Positions 50,921 to 61,018 of a stretch of 64,000 nt of DNA are shown one piece after another (position 1 is the first letter of the stretch; each line of letters begins with the position of its first letter). Origin of the DNA: an uncultured Acidobacteriota bacterium. GTDB lineage: Bacteria > Acidobacteriota > Blastocatellia > RBC074. The stretch spans positions 704,001 through 768,000 of the forward strand of contig CAWCKY010000007.1 in assembly GCA_963796275.1 (NCBI GenBank), given 5' to 3'. A program made the position numbers and the translations under genes. The notes under the pieces were generated by a model. The model was not told the origin of the DNA. It was given only the letters and a program-made list of their open reading frames with translations, and did not search any database.

Positions 50921-51175
50921 TCATCTTTTTTGTGGCAGGCGCAACATAGTTTTCTGCCAATCTTCCTCTTTCTCTTTTTTCAATATCCCTTCTTGCTCCA
51001 ACTTGCTCACCAGTTCATTGAATTGTTGCGCAAGCCCAAAGGCAACCTTATTCAAATTCTCGATTTGAGTATTCATTCGCAATTGATCGTCTCTGAGAGA
51101 ACCGAGTTCTGCCATCACTTCTTCGTGCCTTTCCATAAGAAAGAGCATCAGCTTATCGCGTTCGTCGTTGCTCAT
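50921..51175 (-). CDS. Small coiled-coil hypothetical protein
   Basis: 84 aa, strong RBS AAGGAG, heptad pattern. Confidence 0.7.
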   Translation of the reverse strand: MSNDERDKLMLFLMERHEEVMAELGSLRDDQLRMNTQIENLNKVAFGLAQQFNELVSKLEQEGILKKEKEEDWQKTMLRLPQKR

Positions 51176-51217
51176 TTTAATAACTCCTTAACACGTCATT
51201 ATACACGTGATGTACAT

Positions 51218-51233
51218 TGGCATATATCTTGCA
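51218..51233 (+). promoter_or_regulatory. Sigma-54-like -24/-12 site (convergent)
   Basis: TGGCATATATCTTGCA, GG-N10-GC. Confidence 0.5.
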
Positions 51234-51250
51234 AAAGTTTCTCACATCGG

Positions 51251-51266
51251 GCAGCAAGAGTGCCAA
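51251..51266 (-). promoter_or_regulatory. Sigma-54 promoter for the small coiled-coil gene
   Basis: Minus strand TTGGCACTCTTGCTGC, GG-N10-GC. Confidence 0.6.
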
Positions 51267-51288
51267 ATCGCCGGATTATTGGCTGGTT

Positions 51289-51339
51289 TGTCACTTAAGG
51301 AGACAGTACAAGGTGTCAGTGGTCTCTCAATGTGAGACA
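51289..51339. promoter_or_regulatory. Paired enhancer-like (bEBP UAS) sites
   Basis: TGTCACTTAAGGAGACA (51289-51305) and TCTCTCAATGTGAGACA (51323-51339), 34 bp apart. Confidence 0.5.
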
Positions 51340-51489
51340 GAGATGATAAATAATATTGCAGAGCTTGAGGCCTGCCGAAAGGTTTTATGATTGTGTGTCT
51401 GCTCGGGGATACACAAAAAGCGCGCGCGGGGAAAGGTCCATCCGCGCTTGTCACGGATCGTGGGACGTGGCCGGAAACAAGCCAATCAC

Positions 51490-52725
51490 CTAACCCTCGC
51501 GCGCTTTATCGGTCGAATATTTGGCAGTCACATATTGATTTAAAATTTCAATGAACTCCGGGACAATCTTCGCGCCCTTGAGCGTCGTCTTCAATCTTCC
51601 ATCAACGAAGACCGGCGCGCGCGGCTCTTCACCGGTACCAGGAAGGCTGATGCCGATATCTGCATGTTTCGATTCGCCCGGGCCATTGACCACACACCCC
51701 ATCACAGCCACTTTCATTTCTTCTACGCCCTTGTATTTCTCGCGCCAGACCGGCAACTGAGAGCGCAAATATTTGCCGATATCCTCAGCCATCTCCTGGA
51801 AGAGGGTGCTGGTCGTACGGCCGCAGCCGGGACAGGCTGTCACTTGTGGAATGAAGCTGCGAATTCCCAGCGACTGTAAAACCTGTTGTGAAATTATCAC
51901 CTCTTCGGTTCGGTCTCCGTTCGGTGCAGGCGTCAACGATACGCGAATCGTGTCGCCAATGCCCTCTTGCAGGAGGATCGATAAGGCCGCTGTGCTCGCG
52001 ACTATCCCTTTCGATCCCATCCCTGCCTCAGTAAGACCGAGATGCAGAGCATAATCGCATCGCGAGGCGAGCTGGCGATAGACATCGACCAGGTCCTGGA
52101 CGTCCGAACATTTCGCGCTGAGGATTATGCGATCGCTGGGCAGACCGTAGTTTTCGGCCAGGCGGGCGGAGTCTATCGCGCTGCGAACGATGGCTTCTTT
52201 CAACACTTCCTGCGCTTCATTCGGCTCCTGCAGTTTTGCATTTTCGTCCATCAACCGCGCGAGGAGAGCCTGGTCAAGCGAGCCCCAGTTGACGCCTATG
52301 CGAACCGGTTTGCCGTTCTCGAGCGCGACATCGATCATTCGCCTGAAGTTTTCGTCGTGATGTCTGCCGGCGCCGACATTGCCGGGATTTATGCGGTATT
52401 TGGCCAATGCCCTGGCGCATTCTTTGAATTCGGTGAGAAGCAGATGGCCATTGTAATGGAAGTCCCCGATAATCGGCGTGTTGCACCCGGCATCGCGAAT
52501 GCGGGCGATGATCTCGGGCACTGCCGCCGCCGCTTCTTTGTTATTGACGGTTATGCGGACCAGCTCGGAGCCGGCCTTTGCGAGATCGATGATTTGCTGC
52601 GCGGTCTCGATCGCATCGGCCGTATCGGTGTTGGTCATCGACTGTACGGCAACCGCGTTGCAGCCGCCGATGCGCACGCCGCCGACATCTACTGTGATGG
52701 AGTTTCTACGATTGATCTTCGCCAT
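51490..52725 (-). CDS. ispG: HMBPP synthase
   Basis: [46 protein letters not shown]. Confidence 0.97.
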   Translation of the reverse strand: MAKINRRNSITVDVGGVRIGGCNAVAVQSMTNTDTADAIETAQQIIDLAKAGSELVRITVNNKEAAAAVPEIIARIRDAGCNTPIIGDFHYNGHLLLTEFKECARALAKYRINPGNVGAGRHHDENFRRMIDVALENGKPVRIGVNWGSLDQALLARLMDENAKLQEPNEAQEVLKEAIVRSAIDSARLAENYGLPSDRIILSAKCSDVQDLVDVYRQLASRCDYALHLGLTEAGMGSKGIVASTAALSILLQEGIGDTIRVSLTPAPNGDRTEEVIISQQVLQSLGIRSFIPQVTACPGCGRTTSTLFQEMAEDIGKYLRSQLPVWREKYKGVEEMKVAVMGCVVNGPGESKHADIGISLPGTGEEPRAPVFVDGRLKTTLKGAKIVPEFIEILNQYVTAKYSTDKAREG

Positions 52726-52846
52726 ATTCAATGAGAAGGAGCTGTGGGCTGATCTCTGCAGGTTAGTAAACGCCTGAGTTTGGAGTCTACTTCAGCCGCC
52801 AGCCGCCAGCCCCCGAATCCCTTCTACTGGAATTCTACGCAAGGCA

Positions 52847-54106
52847 TCATCGCTTCGTAAAGGAGCCCGGGTTCCACGCGCCGCGCGCGACGGCCGGAAC
52901 AAATTTTTCCAACTCTTTCGGTCTGAATTCAACCGTGCGTTCCTCCTCAGCGCTCATGTATGCGGTCATGAGAAGCTCCGTTACCTCCAATCCATCGTAG
53001 CAATTCAGCTCAGGTTGCTTGCCATCGAGGAAACAGTTGGTGAAGTAACGATTCTGGCCTTCATAACCGTACTCCGTCGTCTCGCTGGCGACGACGGGCA
53101 TGAGGCCCTGCTCGGCGTTCTGTTTCTCGACCAGGTCTTCGCCGGCCTGGCCCTGTACCCGGCGGCTGAAGAATAGATTGAGATTGGTCGTGAGCGTATT
53201 GGTAGCAAGCGAATATTCGGGGCCGAGCAATTCGGAGCTCAATCGCAACCCCGCGCCGACATAGCTCCACGAGCTGGTCAGCTCGGCGATCAGCGGATGG
53301 CCGGCATCGTCAACGTAGTGGACCGTGGCGCGAGCGAAGTCCTCCGCCGGGCGCGTCCTGTAATCCACCTCTTTGCCCATCATCTGCTGCAGAAGGTCGG
53401 CATATTCGGGGCGCGACCATTTCAGACTCCCGATGGTGGCCGAGATTTTCAGCGGCTTGATGCTATTGCGCGGCTTGGCCGGATCGGTCAGCAGAAACCG
53501 CGCGACCTCGATCGAATGGCACATCATATCGTTGAGCACACCGCCGCCCTGAAGGTCGCCCTGCCAGAACCAGGGCATGTGCGGACCGCTGTGCTCTTCG
53601 GCGCACCGTGCCAGATAGGGGCGGCCGGTCAGCGCCGCCGCGCGCCGCCAGATGATCTCGCGTCCGCGCACGATCGCCGGTTCGAAGAGCTGATCTTCAA
53701 GATAGCCGTGCAGAAGGCCCAATTCTTCAATCAGTTCCACCACGCGTTTTGCCTCCGCGACGTTGCGCGCAAGCGGCTTTTCAATCGCCAACCCGACGAG
53801 AGAGCCGCCGCCCGTTTTTATGGCGCGCGCGATAGCTTCCATATTTTCGATGCGCTTGTGGTTGGGTCCGCATAGCCAGATTGCATCGATTTCAGGCGAT
53901 GTGACCATCTCTTCGATCGAGCCGAAAGCCTGGCAATTTCCGACGCGCAAACCGCGCGCGAGAGCGGCCGCTTCTTCCGCGTGATGATTGTTGGGGCTCC
54001 ATACGCCGAGAATATCGGCATCACGCACCGCGACGAATGATTTGATATGAAAGCGGGAAATGAATCCGCTGCCGATAAATCCTATGCCTAGTCGTTTAGT
54101 TGCCAT
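52847..54106 (-). CDS. Gfo/Idh/MocA oxidoreductase
   Basis: GFIGSGFI, EKP, GGGVLNDMMCH. Confidence 0.9.
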   Translation of the reverse strand: MATKRLGIGFIGSGFISRFHIKSFVAVRDADILGVWSPNNHHAEEAAALARGLRVGNCQAFGSIEEMVTSPEIDAIWLCGPNHKRIENMEAIARAIKTGGGSLVGLAIEKPLARNVAEAKRVVELIEELGLLHGYLEDQLFEPAIVRGREIIWRRAAALTGRPYLARCAEEHSGPHMPWFWQGDLQGGGVLNDMMCHSIEVARFLLTDPAKPRNSIKPLKISATIGSLKWSRPEYADLLQQMMGKEVDYRTRPAEDFARATVHYVDDAGHPLIAELTSSWSYVGAGLRLSSELLGPEYSLATNTLTTNLNLFFSRRVQGQAGEDLVEKQNAEQGLMPVVASETTEYGYEGQNRYFTNCFLDGKQPELNCYDGLEVTELLMTAYMSAEEERTVEFRPKELEKFVPAVARGAWNPGSFTKR

Positions 54107-54122
54107 AATCTCCCTAAGAAAA

Positions 54123-54195
54123 AGTTTTTAGTTTCCAGTTTTCAGTTGGAGCGAACTCAACTGAAAACTGAAAACTGAAAACTGAAAACTGGAAC
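54123..54195. repeat. Heptamer (TTTTCAG/CTGAAAA) hairpin
   Basis: AGTTTTTAGTTTCCAGTTTTCAGTTG ... CAACTGAAAACTGAAAACTGAAAACTGAAAACTGG. Confidence 0.85.
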
Positions 54196-54199
54196 CTTT

Positions 54200-55111
54200 T
54201 TACCTATTCAACCACATCTTAATCGTACGGCTGACCATCTCCGAGGCGTCCTGCTGCACAAAATGGCCCGCCCTCGGAATAGTGACGAGCGTCAAATCGT
54301 TTTCGAGCCAATCCCAGGTGTTATTGAGCGCTCCCGGGAGCAACGCCGTATCATCGAGACCATGGATCATCAAGACGGGCGCTTTCACTTTTACCACGGA
54401 CGAAGCGTCTTCCTTATATGGTTCGCGGGGATAGTTGCGCTTGTAATAGTTCAACATCGCTTCGAAGTCCGAGCGGTTGAAGGCCTCGATATATTTCTTC
54501 TTCACTTCGGGGTCTTTTATCCAGAATACGAGTTGTTCGGCGGTCAACTTAAGATGCCAATCCGGCTGTTGAAAGTTTCGCGCGTACTGGCTGTTCTTCT
54601 GTTGTTGCGGGTTATGGGCGAGCTCGCGTGAGAGGCCGCGCAAATGCGGAAGATTGAGAATGATCAGTTTTTCAACCAATTGTGGCGTGTATATCGCCAT
54701 CGTCCAGGCCACAGCGCCGCCCCAATCATGGCCGGCGATGATCGCTCTCTCCCGCCCCAGATGTTTGATGACCGCCGAGACGTCGGCGACGAGGAGTCTC
54801 ATATCGTAATTCTCGACGCCTTTCGGTTTATCGCTCAGGTTGTATCCGCGCTGATCGATCGCCACGACGTAATAATCTGAGGATAGAGCGCTCATCTGAT
54901 CACGCCATGAATACCAGAAATCGGGGAAGCCGTGGATCATAACGATCAACGGTTTTTTCTTGTCGCCTAGTGCGGCGTAATGAATCTTTATGCCGTTGCT
55001 ATCGGCGTAGCCGTGTTCGACGCGTTTCTCGATATCGCTGTCGGCAGCGAAAATCGCGGCGAACGGCAGAACCGCGATCGCTGATAAGAAAACCAGAAAT
55101 ATTGAGTTCAT
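54200..55111 (-). CDS. Alpha/beta hydrolase, epoxide hydrolase-like, exported
   Basis: HGFP, DQRGY, GHDWGG, GHFVQ; signal peptide. Confidence 0.9.
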   Translation of the reverse strand: MNSIFLVFLSAIAVLPFAAIFAADSDIEKRVEHGYADSNGIKIHYAALGDKKKPLIVMIHGFPDFWYSWRDQMSALSSDYYVVAIDQRGYNLSDKPKGVENYDMRLLVADVSAVIKHLGRERAIIAGHDWGGAVAWTMAIYTPQLVEKLIILNLPHLRGLSRELAHNPQQQKNSQYARNFQQPDWHLKLTAEQLVFWIKDPEVKKKYIEAFNRSDFEAMLNYYKRNYPREPYKEDASSVVKVKAPVLMIHGLDDTALLPGALNNTWDWLENDLTLVTIPRAGHFVQQDASEMVSRTIKMWLNR

Positions 55112-55261
55112 CGTGTTCCCCCTGGAGATACATAAATGCAAAGGATATTTGATAAAGATTGATCCGATTAAAGCCCGACGGACGGAAAATGCCGGGGGGC
55201 TTTGGCGGTTCGCCTGACTCGGAATACCGAGCGCGCGAGCCGCAGCCTGCCTACTCTTAAT

Positions 55262-57451
55262 TCAATCTCCGGCCAATGCCAGATCCCTGTTCGCTAATTC
55301 GACGAATGTCTGTAGCGCGCATTCGGCTACAGCGTTCGGCACTACTCCGTAGGCTGCGTCAGTCACATCGCGCATGCGATTGGTCGGTGCGATAGCCGTC
55401 AGACGGTAGCCGATTCGCCGCAGTCGCTCCGCACCGAGATCGCGCCGAAGCTCCGATAGATTTCCCGCCTCTGCTTTAATTTCCCCACGCTCGCGCAGAG
55501 CCTCACGGTCGATCAGGAAAATATTGCGAGCGCGCAGGTTGGCCTGGACAATGTCGCCGGTCTGCAGATACAGAATGGCGCCACCGCGTTTGGCCTCGGG
55601 TGCGATGTGGCCGATGCCCGCGCCATATGAGACACCTGAATATCGCCCATCGGTGAGGATCATCGCCAGTTTCTTCAAGTGCCGGTTGGCATTGATATGC
55701 TGCATAGGTGTGAACATTTCCGGCATGCCGTATGCCTCAGGCCCTTGTCCGCTGATGACGATCGCGAACTTGATAATTTTTTCGTGCAGCACATGATCGA
55801 ATAGCTCGTCGCGGGACATCGAAGCGATGCGTTCGCCGGCCGCGCCTTTCGTGTTGTGCTGGTAAATCCGCAAGAGGTCGATGTGAGTGATCTCTCCGTG
55901 CGACTTGACCGAATCGAGGTAATCGTCATCGAGCAAATGGGCATTGGCTTCGTCTTCGTTTTCGAAATAGAGCACGACGGCGAGTTTCGTATCGAACTCA
56001 TCGAGCTGGCTGTCGGGCATGCCGCTGATCTTGACAACGGCGGACTCGAAGAAATTGCTCGTCAGGACGTCGATCCCGCTTATCGCCCGGCGCGGCTTGC
56101 TCAGGATGATCGGATTATGCTTTACGCCATCGGCCGAAAGGTTGCGCGTGTCGGCTAATCGTTCGCGCCACGTAGTCCCGGTTGCAGTCGGAGCATCGAG
56201 CTCGATCGGCACGCCGTTGCGGGAGAGCTCGTACATCACCGTCTCCATCCCGCGAATCTCGCCGGCGCAGCATTGCTGGGCCAGCTCGAAGATAGATCGT
56301 TTCTGGGTCAGGCTGTAGTCGAAAAGATCCGGGATGGGCGTGGCGCGGCGAATGCGATCGTAATCCCAGATCGAAAAATTTACCCCGGCGTGAATGATCG
56401 CCGAAACCAGATGCATCATGATGTTGGTCGAGCCGCCGGTCGTCGAATGAATTCGGATCGCATTCTCGATATTGGCTTTGATGACCTCGGTGACTGAGAA
56501 AGCGGGATCATTGCAATAGCCGAAGAGTGCATCTACCGCCACGTCTATCTGCTCCTGTTTCGGCGGCTCGGTGAGTAGTTCGAGCGCCGGGTGCACGAGC
56601 CCGAAGGCCGATACGACGTGGCGCGAAGAATTGCCCGTCCCGTTGAAGGCGCAGATTCCTCCTTTGCCGTCGCAGGTGTTGACCGCCAATAGTTTCTCAA
56701 ACTTTTTGTGTTGTTCCCCGGAAATGATGCCGGCCGCAATCGCCCGGATGAATACGCCCTGGAATTGGGTATTCGATGAACACTGCAGCACATAAGCGAG
56801 CGCATCGCGCAGGTCGCCGGCTATTTCAGGATGGTTCGCCGTTTCTGCCTTCTGCGCCACGGCCTCGAGCTCTTCCCGCAGATCATCAGGGATCGTCCCG
56901 CCTTTGAGGACGTGCGCAGGCGCGAAGGTGGCGAAGACCGGGGCGTCTCCGCGCGCCTTCCTCGTCACATCGAGCGCGGCGAGCGCCGCGACGGCGGCCA
57001 GCGGTTGCTTATCACAACCCTGGATAACAAAGGCGCCGTGGTATGACTGTGCCTCCATCTGGTTGACGATCATTTCGGTCATCGCATTGCGCGATTGGAG
57101 CGAATAGCACATCCCGGTATTGGATTGAGCCGTCCCATCGCAGAGGACTGGCGTTGAGAACGCGAAAGGCACGCCGCCGTTCTGCCAGATGCGGATGGCT
57201 GCGCGTGCGGTCGTCTCGAAATCCATAATATGCGCCGGATGATCGGGCGATCCGCCGATGACGGCGATGCGCGGCGCGTTATGCTCGAGACGGTCGTAGA
57301 TCGAAGCGAGCGAGTATTCGAGGTCGCGCACGCCGAGCAGGGCCCGGCTCCGGTCGAGCAGGGCTGCCACAGTGATTGGTTCGTTGGCTTTACCCTGGAC
57401 CTCGCGTTGATAGGGATTGTCTCCCGTTGTAATGCGAATGATATCTGCCAC
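55262..57451 (-). CDS. IlvD/Edd-family dehydratase (divergent, long)
   Basis: VLCDG, QGCDK, ICAFNGTGNS, GGSTN, GPEAYGMPEM, TDGRYSG, GHIAPEA; GTG 57451. Confidence 0.88.
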   Translation of the reverse strand: MADIIRITTGDNPYQREVQGKANEPITVAALLDRSRALLGVRDLEYSLASIYDRLEHNAPRIAVIGGSPDHPAHIMDFETTARAAIRIWQNGGVPFAFSTPVLCDGTAQSNTGMCYSLQSRNAMTEMIVNQMEAQSYHGAFVIQGCDKQPLAAVAALAALDVTRKARGDAPVFATFAPAHVLKGGTIPDDLREELEAVAQKAETANHPEIAGDLRDALAYVLQCSSNTQFQGVFIRAIAAGIISGEQHKKFEKLLAVNTCDGKGGICAFNGTGNSSRHVVSAFGLVHPALELLTEPPKQEQIDVAVDALFGYCNDPAFSVTEVIKANIENAIRIHSTTGGSTNIMMHLVSAIIHAGVNFSIWDYDRIRRATPIPDLFDYSLTQKRSIFELAQQCCAGEIRGMETVMYELSRNGVPIELDAPTATGTTWRERLADTRNLSADGVKHNPIILSKPRRAISGIDVLTSNFFESAVVKISGMPDSQLDEFDTKLAVVLYFENEDEANAHLLDDDYLDSVKSHGEITHIDLLRIYQHNTKGAAGERIASMSRDELFDHVLHEKIIKFAIVISGQGPEAYGMPEMFTPMQHINANRHLKKLAMILTDGRYSGVSYGAGIGHIAPEAKRGGAILYLQTGDIVQANLRARNIFLIDREALRERGEIKAEAGNLSELRRDLGAERLRRIGYRLTAIAPTNRMRDVTDAAYGVVPNAVAECALQTFVELANRDLALAGD

Positions 57452-57698
57452 CTGCGTTCTCCTGATCGATAGGCGAGAATTTGGAACAATAGCCGCCCGT
57501 GCGGCATTAAACTGATAGAGAAAAATAGCAATTTTCCGGGAATTTTGAAACTGTTTCTCGCCCCGGCCCGTCTTTAGGCGAGTGAAGGTCGCCCTGAAAA
57601 TATCTTCACTCCCAATAAAAATGAGCAGAGAATTACAGAGAACAAGAGAATAATAAATTACCAATAAAAATATAGAGGAAATATAGAGGAAAAAAACG

Positions 57699-60626
57699 GT
57701 GAGATTCTTGTCTGTTATTCTAGTGGTAATAACTCTCGCATCAGTCGCGCGCGCACAGAATGCAACATCGATTCAGAATGCCACTTTGAAAGGACAGGTG
57801 GTCGATGAGCTGGGGGATGCGATACCGAACGCCGAGATCATGCTGATCGGGCGAGACCTCAAAGAACATACAGCGAAGAGCAATGCTAACGGCGAATTTT
57901 CAATTATGAATGTTCCGCCTGGCACCTATACGCTGACCAGCGCATTCGCAGGGTTCCAAATGAATATCCGGGAAGGCGTGAAAGTCCCCGGTTCTCAATT
58001 GAAGATCGTAATGACGGTGGCTTCGATGAGTGAAGCCGTCGAAACGAAGGCCGAGGAAGGGGTTTCGGTCGAGCCCGATCAGAATATGTCCGCCACCGTC
58101 CTCGGAGAAGATTTCATAAAGGACTTGCCGGATAATGAGGAAGACCTGCTCGATTTCCTGCAGACAATGGCGGGCCCTGCGGCAGGCGGCGCTACTGGAG
58201 GACAGGGAGGGGCGGAGATATTGATTGATGGATTCAACGGCGGGCGCATGCCGCCGCGCGAAGCGATCCAGCAGATCAGGATAAACAACAGCCCATTCTC
58301 CGCGCAATATCGCAACCCTGGATACGGCAGGATCGAGATCATCACCAAGCCCGGCCTCGGCGAATGGCGCGGGGGAGGGGGATTCGGCTATCGCAATTCG
58401 GCGCTCGATGCGCGGAATGCTTTCGCCCTGGAGAAACCGGATTTTTCGATGCAGCGTTATAACTTCAACCTGGGAGGGCCGATCATCAGGAAGAAGTTGT
58501 CATTTTTCATGAATGTAGATCGGTACGAGTTCGCCGGGAATAACACGGCAAATGCTTTCACGCTGGCCGGCCCTTTTGCCGAAAACGTGCCGACCAGTTC
58601 CGTCAGCTACTCATTGGGCATCCGCACCGATTACCTGATCAACGAAAAGAATACGCTCAACCTGAGCTACAACTATCGGAGAAGTAAAAATCTCAACGGC
58701 GAATTCGTAGACCGGGGCGGTGGCGGCAACAGCGATTATCTGCTCCCCGAACGCGGTACGGATTCCAGCGACTCGGACCACACTCTTCGGATCGGAGAGA
58801 CCTGGATTATCAGTTCCAGCCTGATTAACGAAGCGCGAATGGAATACAGTCGCGAGCGCAGCGACGTTGTCGCCCGGAAGCTGGGCTTGACGATCAACGT
58901 CCTGGACTCCTTCAACGGCGGCGGTTCAGCCTGTTGCCCGAATGAGTCGCGCAGTGATGAGATAGAATTTCAAAACTATCTGACTTTCACGGACAACAAG
59001 CGGCATACGATCAAAGCCGGAGTGCAGTTCGAGCGCGATAATATTCGCGATCTGAACGGAAGCAACTTCAATGGCACTTACACCTTCTCGAACCTCAATG
59101 AATACCGCATCGCAGTGGAGAATGAGGGAACGGATCTGGCGCGCGCCCAACAGTTCACGATCAACATGGGCGATCCGTATATATTGTATAAACTTTACAA
59201 TGCCGGATTCTTCATTCAGGAGGATTTTCGCGTGAGGCAATCCCTGACCCTATCTTTTGGCTTGCGCGAAGAGTTTCAGAGTTATTTGCCGGACAGAAAC
59301 AACTGGTCGCCGCGGATAGGCATAGCCTGGTCGCCATTCAATGACCGCAAGACTGTTTTTCGAGGTGGATGGGGTTTGTTCTACGGGAGATTGAACGGCG
59401 GCACCTATGAGAGCACGTTACGGTTCAATGGCGATACACAGGAGAGCTTGATCATCAATAATGCGCGCTATCCGGATCCATTCGCCGGCAATCCGATGAT
59501 CGAGCAGCGAAACAGGCGCGAGTATAAGCTCGACCCGAACCTCAAAGCTCCCTATACCGTCAATTTCAACGTTTCTCTCGAGCGGCAATTGCCGAGAGGC
59601 ATGGTCGGCACTTTCACCTATACGCACGCGACCGGCATTCATCAATTCCGATTGCGAAACATCAATGCGCCGTTTCCGGGTACGAGTGTGCGGCCGGATC
59701 CCACTGACGGTAATGTTTATCAGATCGAGTCGACGGCCAAATCGACCTTCGACGGTCTGGTATTCGGTTTTCAACGGCGCTTCAGTCAGCGCTTGTTTTT
59801 CTCCAGCAACTACACGCTCTCGTGGACGAATAGCAACGCCGATGGACCGATGTCATTGCCGGCCAACAATTATAATCTCCGGCCGGAGTGGGGGAGGGCT
59901 TTCACCGATAGGCGCCACAGCTTCGGTACCGCATTCAGTCTGGCGCTCCCTCGCGGGTTGCGCGTCCAATCGTATCTCAATGCTTATTCGGGAACCCCAT
60001 TCAATATCAGAACCGGCGGTGATGATAACGGCGACTTCGAGATCAACGACCGGCCGGCCGGTATCAACCGTAATTCCGATCTTACCGCGAATCTCTACCA
60101 TCTGATTCCGAACCGATTGATCTGCGTGCCCGGCACCAGCCCCTCGGCCCAGCCGGACGGAGGCTCCAGCCTGGTTTGTAATCCAGGCGGCGTCCCGCAA
60201 ATCGGTTTGCGCGACTTTCTTACTCAGTACTATCCGGATGGAGTGACGGCAGTCGGACCGGGTTCGTTTAATGCCAATCTATCCCTCGGCAAAACCTTCG
60301 GTTTCGGTAAGCGCGATGGCCAGACAGCAGTGCTGGGCCAGGGGCGCGACGACCGCGTATTCGGGGATGGCGGGCGAGGCGGCGGTCAACGCGACGGCGG
60401 TCGGGGTGGGAGAAGGAGGTCTGGTGACTCCGGTGGAGGCAGGGGAATGTTCGGCGGCGACGAATCGTCACGCGTCAACGTGACGTTGACCGTGAGAGTC
60501 AACAATCTCTTCAACCGCGTAAACCTTGGGCGATTCGGTAGTACGCTCGGTTCCACCTATTTCGGGATGGCGAGCGATGCGAATACGGCGCGCCGATTTG
60601 ATTTCAATGTGAGATTTGATTTCTAA
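57699..60626 (+). CDS. Oar-like TonB-dependent receptor with N-terminal carboxypeptidase-regulatory-like domain
   Basis: Signal peptide, GRIEIITKPG, LDARNAF, SPRIGIAWSP, terminal RFDF. Confidence 0.9.
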   Translation: MRFLSVILVVITLASVARAQNATSIQNATLKGQVVDELGDAIPNAEIMLIGRDLKEHTAKSNANGEFSIMNVPPGTYTLTSAFAGFQMNIREGVKVPGSQLKIVMTVASMSEAVETKAEEGVSVEPDQNMSATVLGEDFIKDLPDNEEDLLDFLQTMAGPAAGGATGGQGGAEILIDGFNGGRMPPREAIQQIRINNSPFSAQYRNPGYGRIEIITKPGLGEWRGGGGFGYRNSALDARNAFALEKPDFSMQRYNFNLGGPIIRKKLSFFMNVDRYEFAGNNTANAFTLAGPFAENVPTSSVSYSLGIRTDYLINEKNTLNLSYNYRRSKNLNGEFVDRGGGGNSDYLLPERGTDSSDSDHTLRIGETWIISSSLINEARMEYSRERSDVVARKLGLTINVLDSFNGGGSACCPNESRSDEIEFQNYLTFTDNKRHTIKAGVQFERDNIRDLNGSNFNGTYTFSNLNEYRIAVENEGTDLARAQQFTINMGDPYILYKLYNAGFFIQEDFRVRQSLTLSFGLREEFQSYLPDRNNWSPRIGIAWSPFNDRKTVFRGGWGLFYGRLNGGTYESTLRFNGDTQESLIINNARYPDPFAGNPMIEQRNRREYKLDPNLKAPYTVNFNVSLERQLPRGMVGTFTYTHATGIHQFRLRNINAPFPGTSVRPDPTDGNVYQIESTAKSTFDGLVFGFQRRFSQRLFFSSNYTLSWTNSNADGPMSLPANNYNLRPEWGRAFTDRRHSFGTAFSLALPRGLRVQSYLNAYSGTPFNIRTGGDDNGDFEINDRPAGINRNSDLTANLYHLIPNRLICVPGTSPSAQPDGGSSLVCNPGGVPQIGLRDFLTQYYPDGVTAVGPGSFNANLSLGKTFGFGKRDGQTAVLGQGRDDRVFGDGGRGGGQRDGGRGGRRRSGDSGGGRGMFGGDESSRVNVTLTVRVNNLFNRVNLGRFGSTLGSTYFGMASDANTARRFDFNVRFDF

Positions 60627-60719
60627 ATCAAATCAGAAAACATCGAGACGATCTCAGTTCCGCACAAATGTTCATTGTTTTCGATTTTGTTTACAGACCC
60701 AGTATCACAATGATGTCTC

Positions 60720-60938
60720 GCCACCAGATTCATAGATTCATAGATTCATAAAATGATAAAAAGCAGAAAGGGCGAAGAAGCGGTCAGAAGTGTGAAGGCC
60801 CGGTTGAAGAGACAGTCGACCGGGCAAATTTATATTCAGGATTCGGAAAAGTTTAATTTTGTTTCTCCTGAATTCCGTCAACTGAAATTCCATCTGCCAT
60901 GCTTGTATTATTGTTTTTGTGATTTTTGTGGTGAATCT
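60720..60938. repeat. Intergenic repeat element with TTCATAGA tandem and 9-mer palindromic arm
   Basis: CACCAGATTCATAGATTCATAGATTCATA ... TTTTTGTGATTTTTGTGGTG. Confidence 0.45.
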
Positions 60939-61018
60939 CATCAAGTACCATCGCCCACTTCCTTATCCTCATGCTACACTTCGGGTTTCTCGAGATGAGT
61001 TAAACGAAGATAGGGTCT

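Noticed and set aside
57452-57664. N-terminal extension of the dehydratase to 800 aa
   Set aside because: AT-rich divergent promoter region; GTG 57451 has an RBS-like AGGAG.
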